Below, in pieces: positions 60,478 to 64,000 of a DNA stretch of 64,000 nt (position 1 is the first letter of the stretch; each line of letters opens with the position of its first letter). Source of the stretch: an uncultured Nitrososphaerota archaeon (GTDB taxonomy: Archaea > Thermoproteota > Nitrososphaeria > Nitrososphaerales > Gagatemarchaeaceae); the NCBI GenBank assembly GCA_963718895.1, contig CAVRAG010000007.1, positions 32,001 to 96,000 on the forward strand. Reading direction: 5' to 3'. The translations under genes were made by a program, and so were the position numbers. Below the pieces are notes generated by a model, which was not told the origin of the DNA, ran no database searches, and saw only the letters and a program-made list of their open reading frames with translations.

Positions 60478-61641
60478 TCACCCAACCCTTAGCTTCTTGA
60501 TGACTTTCTCGTCTAGGTCGATGCCCAGTCCGGGGCCATCGGGGACCTGCAGCTTACCGTTCTTCACCACGAACTTCTGCTTCACGAGGTCGTGGACGAG
60601 CGGGTTGGGCTCCTGCTTGTACTCGCAGAGGAACCCGTCCGGAGAGGAGACGGCCAGGTGAAGAGACGCCGCGGTGTTCACGGCCGTCGACCAGTTGTGC
60701 GGGACCCACATGATGTTGTTGATGTGCGCCAGCTCCGTCACCCTCTTCATCTCCGAGATCCCCCCGACCTTGCTCGCGTCGGGCTGGAGGACGTCTGCGG
60801 CCCTCCGCTTTATCACCTCGTTGAAGTCGTAGACCGTATAGAGCTCCTCTCCGAAGGCAACCGGCACGTCGAGGGCCCTTGCGAGCTCCGCGTAGCCTTC
60901 CAGGTCGTCCTGTGGGAGCGCCTCCTCGAACCAGAACGCGTCGTACTTCTCGACCATCTTCCCCATCTTCACGGCGTATGGGACCCTCCAGTTGACGTAC
61001 CTGCCTACGTCGATCATCAGCCAGGTCTTGGGTCCGATCCCCTCCCGGATAATGGCCACCATCTCCTCGTCCTTTCGAAAGTCGGCGCCGAAGGGCTTCG
61101 AGGGGACCATGCCCCAGCCGAACTTCGTCCCTGCATAGCCCATCCGCGCGTACTTTGCCCCCTTCTTGGCGGTCCCCTCCGGGTCCTCCATGTCGAAGAG
61201 GAGGCTCGCGTAGAGGGGGATCTCAGTCTTGTACTGGCCTCCGAGGAGCTGGCACGCCCGGACGTTGAGGGCCTTCCCGGCGATGTCGACCAGCGCGGTG
61301 TCTATCCCGCTCAGCGCGAAGGTCGCAAGCCCCCTCAGGCCGTACCAGTACGTCGCCTCGTAGAGCCTCTCCCATATCTTCCGGAACTCGACGGGGTTCT
61401 CGCCCTTCACCCGCGGAGCAATCCCCCTCTCGATGAGCTCCTTCACGGCGTAGGCGGCCTCCCCGTTCTCGCTCCCCACGCAAGCCTCGCCCCACCCGTG
61501 TATCCCCTCGTCCGTGTCGACCCTCACGACGACCTGATACCCGGTGTACCCTCCTACGTTGGCCTCACCCTCATAGCTATCGTCCTGGGCGTAGAGGATT
61601 ATCGGCTCCACGTTAGTGATCTTCATGCTGACGCCGGTCAC
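60478..61641 (-). CDS. Mandelate racemase/MLE-family enzyme
   Basis: GWGE, DIAGK, KFGWG, WFEE, GE, QPD, PHNW. Confidence 0.92.
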   Translation of the reverse strand: MTGVSMKITNVEPIILYAQDDSYEGEANVGGYTGYQVVVRVDTDEGIHGWGEACVGSENGEAAYAVKELIERGIAPRVKGENPVEFRKIWERLYEATYWYGLRGLATFALSGIDTALVDIAGKALNVRACQLLGGQYKTEIPLYASLLFDMEDPEGTAKKGAKYARMGYAGTKFGWGMVPSKPFGADFRKDEEMVAIIREGIGPKTWLMIDVGRYVNWRVPYAVKMGKMVEKYDAFWFEEALPQDDLEGYAELARALDVPVAFGEELYTVYDFNEVIKRRAADVLQPDASKVGGISEMKRVTELAHINNIMWVPHNWSTAVNTAASLHLAVSSPDGFLCEYKQEPNPLVHDLVKQKFVVKNGKLQVPDGPGLGIDLDEKVIKKLRVG

Positions 61642-61773
61642 GGCGCCGGTCTCTATATCTCTAGCCCGTCCTCCGGCCGGGAAGCACCAGAGATCAGCCG
61701 ATTGGTCGGACCCCTTTGGCGACGTCGACCCGCGCGCCTTTTTCGCACAATCCTTGAATAGCCGTTTTGAGCG

Positions 61774-62571
61774 ATGCTAGCTGTGAATAGTGGAAGGCTC
61801 TCGGGGAAGGTGGCCGTAGTCACGGGGTCCGGGTCAGGGATAGGCAGAGGCATAGCGAGGCTCTTCGCCAGAGAGGGTGCGAGGACCGTCATCGTCGACA
61901 TCAGGCCGGAGGGCGGCGAAGAGACGCTTCGGCTCGTCAGGGAGGACGGCGGGGAGGGGATGTTCGTGCGCGCGAGCGTGCTCAGCTCGGATGAGATCAA
62001 GTCCATGGTTGACCAGGTAGTGAAGGCCTACGGAAGGATCGACGTCCTGCACAACAACGCAGGCGGGTGGCAGCTCGAGCAGCACGACACCGTGCTCGAC
62101 AACACCGAGGCTGAGTGGGACAAGCTCGTCGACCTTAACCTCAAGAGCATCTTCATCGTCTCGAAGCAGGTCATACCCCAGATGGTCAAGCAGGGAGGGG
62201 GCGCGATCGTGAACACCATAACGATAAACGCGTTCCTGACACAGCCCGGGACGGCGGGCTACAGCGCGGCCAAGGCGGGGGCCTACACCCTTACCAAGGC
62301 GATGGCGCTCGACTACGCAAAGAACAAGATCCGGGTCAACGGGATAGCGCCAGGCGAGATACTCACCCCTCTGTGGGAGAACAGCTACAACGGCCTTCCG
62401 AACTCAGAGGAGGTGAAGGCGTCGGTCCTCAGGAGGATACCTCTGGGGAGGTTCGGCACCCCCTCCGATGTGGCCTTCGCCGCGCTCTGGCTCGCATCGG
62501 ATGAGGCGCGGTACATCACGGGGCAGGTCATAACGGTCGATGGCGGGATCTCTGCGGGCGTCTACCCCTAG
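61774..62571 (+). CDS. Short-chain dehydrogenase/reductase
   Basis: TGSGSGIG, NNAG, YSAAK, VDGG. Confidence 0.95.
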   Translation: MLAVNSGRLSGKVAVVTGSGSGIGRGIARLFAREGARTVIVDIRPEGGEETLRLVREDGGEGMFVRASVLSSDEIKSMVDQVVKAYGRIDVLHNNAGGWQLEQHDTVLDNTEAEWDKLVDLNLKSIFIVSKQVIPQMVKQGGGAIVNTITINAFLTQPGTAGYSAAKAGAYTLTKAMALDYAKNKIRVNGIAPGEILTPLWENSYNGLPNSEEVKASVLRRIPLGRFGTPSDVAFAALWLASDEARYITGQVITVDGGISAGVYP

Positions 62572-62684
62572 CCCCAGGTCGGCTCCGTCCGATCCTCGAG
62601 CGTGCGCGGGGTCCTCCTGGGCGACGCCAGCCGAGACACATCAGGTCAGGGTCTAAATAGGATGGGGACCTTTCAGGAGGGCCG

Positions 62685-63929
62685 ATGAACGGAATGATAG
62701 CCAACATCGCGCGGGCCCGAGACTACATGGAGGAGTTCGGCATACGGGCGCTCCTCGCCTCTTCGCCCACCAACGTAGCCTACCTCACGGGGTTCGACTG
62801 CTGGCTCTACGAGAAGTACACCGAGGACATGCTCGTGCTCGGCGCACCGAGGGCCAGAAAGGAATCCTTCGCCATCCTGGCCGAGAAGGGCGGTCCTGTC
62901 CTGGTGACAGACTCCTACTCCTCGCTCTTCGCGTGGGAGCTAAAGGGCGTAGAGCTGAGCTGCTACGGGTCGCCCCTGGCCGTGTCCGAGAGGGGGGCCG
63001 GCTCGCGTCACGCCATGTTCTTCGAGAAGGCCGTTGCCTCACAGAAGGCAACGCCGGCCGATGCGGTGATAGCTGCGCTCAAGGAAAGCGGGGTCAGCGG
63101 CGGCAAGGTCGCGGTCGAGGCCGCGGCGATGCGACCCGAGACGCTGAGGGCCCTCAAGAGGGCATACCCGCGGATAGAGTTTCTCGACGGCTGGCTCCTC
63201 CTCTGCCTGATCAGGATGGCAAAGTCCGAGACCGAGACCGGTCTGCTCACGACAGCGGCGAGGGTCAACGAGAAGGCGCTCTACAAGAGCCTCGAGTCCG
63301 CCGGGACTGGAGCGCGGATCTCCGACCTCGCGAGAAGGTACATGGTGGAGATGGCCAGAGGGGGCGCGGTCCTCGACCACTACTTCAACTCCCCCGACGG
63401 GCTCTGGCTCTCCGGCGCCGGGGGATACCGACTGAGACGGGGCGAGTACACGATCATGGACTCTGGATGCACGTTCGAACGCTATTTCGCGGACATGGGG
63501 ACGACTATACTCGTTGGGAAGAGGCGCCAGGGCGTGGAGAGACGGTACAGGGACATCTGGGAGACGGTGGACGAGGTCGCCGATTTCGTCGAGCCGGGCA
63601 CGACGCCCTCGGCCGCGATGGAGCGATTCAGGCGGGCCTACGAGCGGAGGAACATCCCCGGAGTCGACTACTCCGGACACGGTATAGGACTCGAGCCCAG
63701 GGAGTACCCGATAATGGGCCTCGGCGGTGCCAAGAAGATCCGCGACGGCATAGTCACGACCACCACGGAGCTGCCCTTCGAGCGAGGCATGGTGATCAGC
63801 CTCGAGACGAGCCTCTACGAGCCGGGCGAGGGGTCCTACGAGGTGGAGAGGACGTTCCTGGTCGGCAAGGGGAAGCTCCGTGAGTTGACGACGAAGAAGG
63901 ACTCTGCCATCTTCGTGACCGAGAACTAG
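62685..63929 (+). CDS. M24 family (Xaa-Pro peptidase/creatinase-fold) metallohydrolase
   Basis: NVAYLTGF, D..D, GHGIGLE..EYP, E, E ligands. Confidence 0.88.
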   Translation: MNGMIANIARARDYMEEFGIRALLASSPTNVAYLTGFDCWLYEKYTEDMLVLGAPRARKESFAILAEKGGPVLVTDSYSSLFAWELKGVELSCYGSPLAVSERGAGSRHAMFFEKAVASQKATPADAVIAALKESGVSGGKVAVEAAAMRPETLRALKRAYPRIEFLDGWLLLCLIRMAKSETETGLLTTAARVNEKALYKSLESAGTGARISDLARRYMVEMARGGAVLDHYFNSPDGLWLSGAGGYRLRRGEYTIMDSGCTFERYFADMGTTILVGKRRQGVERRYRDIWETVDEVADFVEPGTTPSAAMERFRRAYERRNIPGVDYSGHGIGLEPREYPIMGLGGAKKIRDGIVTTTTELPFERGMVISLETSLYEPGEGSYEVERTFLVGKGKLRELTTKKDSAIFVTEN

Positions 63930-64000
63930 TCGGTGAGGATTACCTTCACGTTGCCCGTCCGCTGGCTCGCGAGGTCTATGGCCTCCCTTGCGCTCCCGAG
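63926..64000 (-). CDS. C-terminus of a probable Zn-dependent dehydrogenase (partial)
   Basis: ...LGSAREAIDLASQRTGNVKVILTD* resembles an MDR C-terminus. Confidence 0.55.
   Translation of the reverse strand, partial: LGSAREAIDLASQRTGNVKVILTD

Noticed and set aside
1-64000. tRNA, rRNA, transposase, integrase or provirus
   Set aside because: No T-loop/cloverleaf, rRNA segment, DDE or tyrosine recombinase motif or viral hallmark was recognised by eye.

Overview
GC-rich archaeal DNA. The evidence is TATA boxes about 20-35 nt before start codons (leaderless genes), F420-dependent enzyme families, V4R/MEDS/RHH proteins and class III-like signal peptides. Gene style suggests a heterotrophic, non-ammonia-oxidising Nitrososphaerota (Thaumarchaeota) relative, which is an inference. 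There are four blocks. (1) 0-3.7 kb: an RHH antitoxin fragment and an RHH-V4R / RHH / MEDS sensing module with a palindromic operator. (2) 4-14 kb: a cell-surface cluster of three spherulin-4/GH135-like proteins, two PQQ-like beta-propellers and one unknown anchored protein; three of these share an ~85-aa repeat and one carries a CxxCH motif. (3) 14-35 kb: housekeeping genes, then an Opp/Dpp ABC transporter with two binding proteins interleaved with flavoenzymes, and an AbrB/PIN toxin-antitoxin pair. (4) 35-64 kb: a large cyclitol/sugar catabolic island with iolD-iolC-iolB, a Cgl0159-type aldolase, an IolE-like barrel, four Gfo/Idh/MocA dehydrogenases, a DegT aminotransferase, three LLM oxidoreductases, three complete Zn-ADHs plus one partial, two enolase-superfamily dehydratases and a G1PDH-like enzyme. 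Many genes between 4 and 21 kb carry small indels, most likely assembly errors. I saw no tRNA, rRNA, CRISPR array or transposase. Family calls rest on motif recognition by eye, not on database searches.
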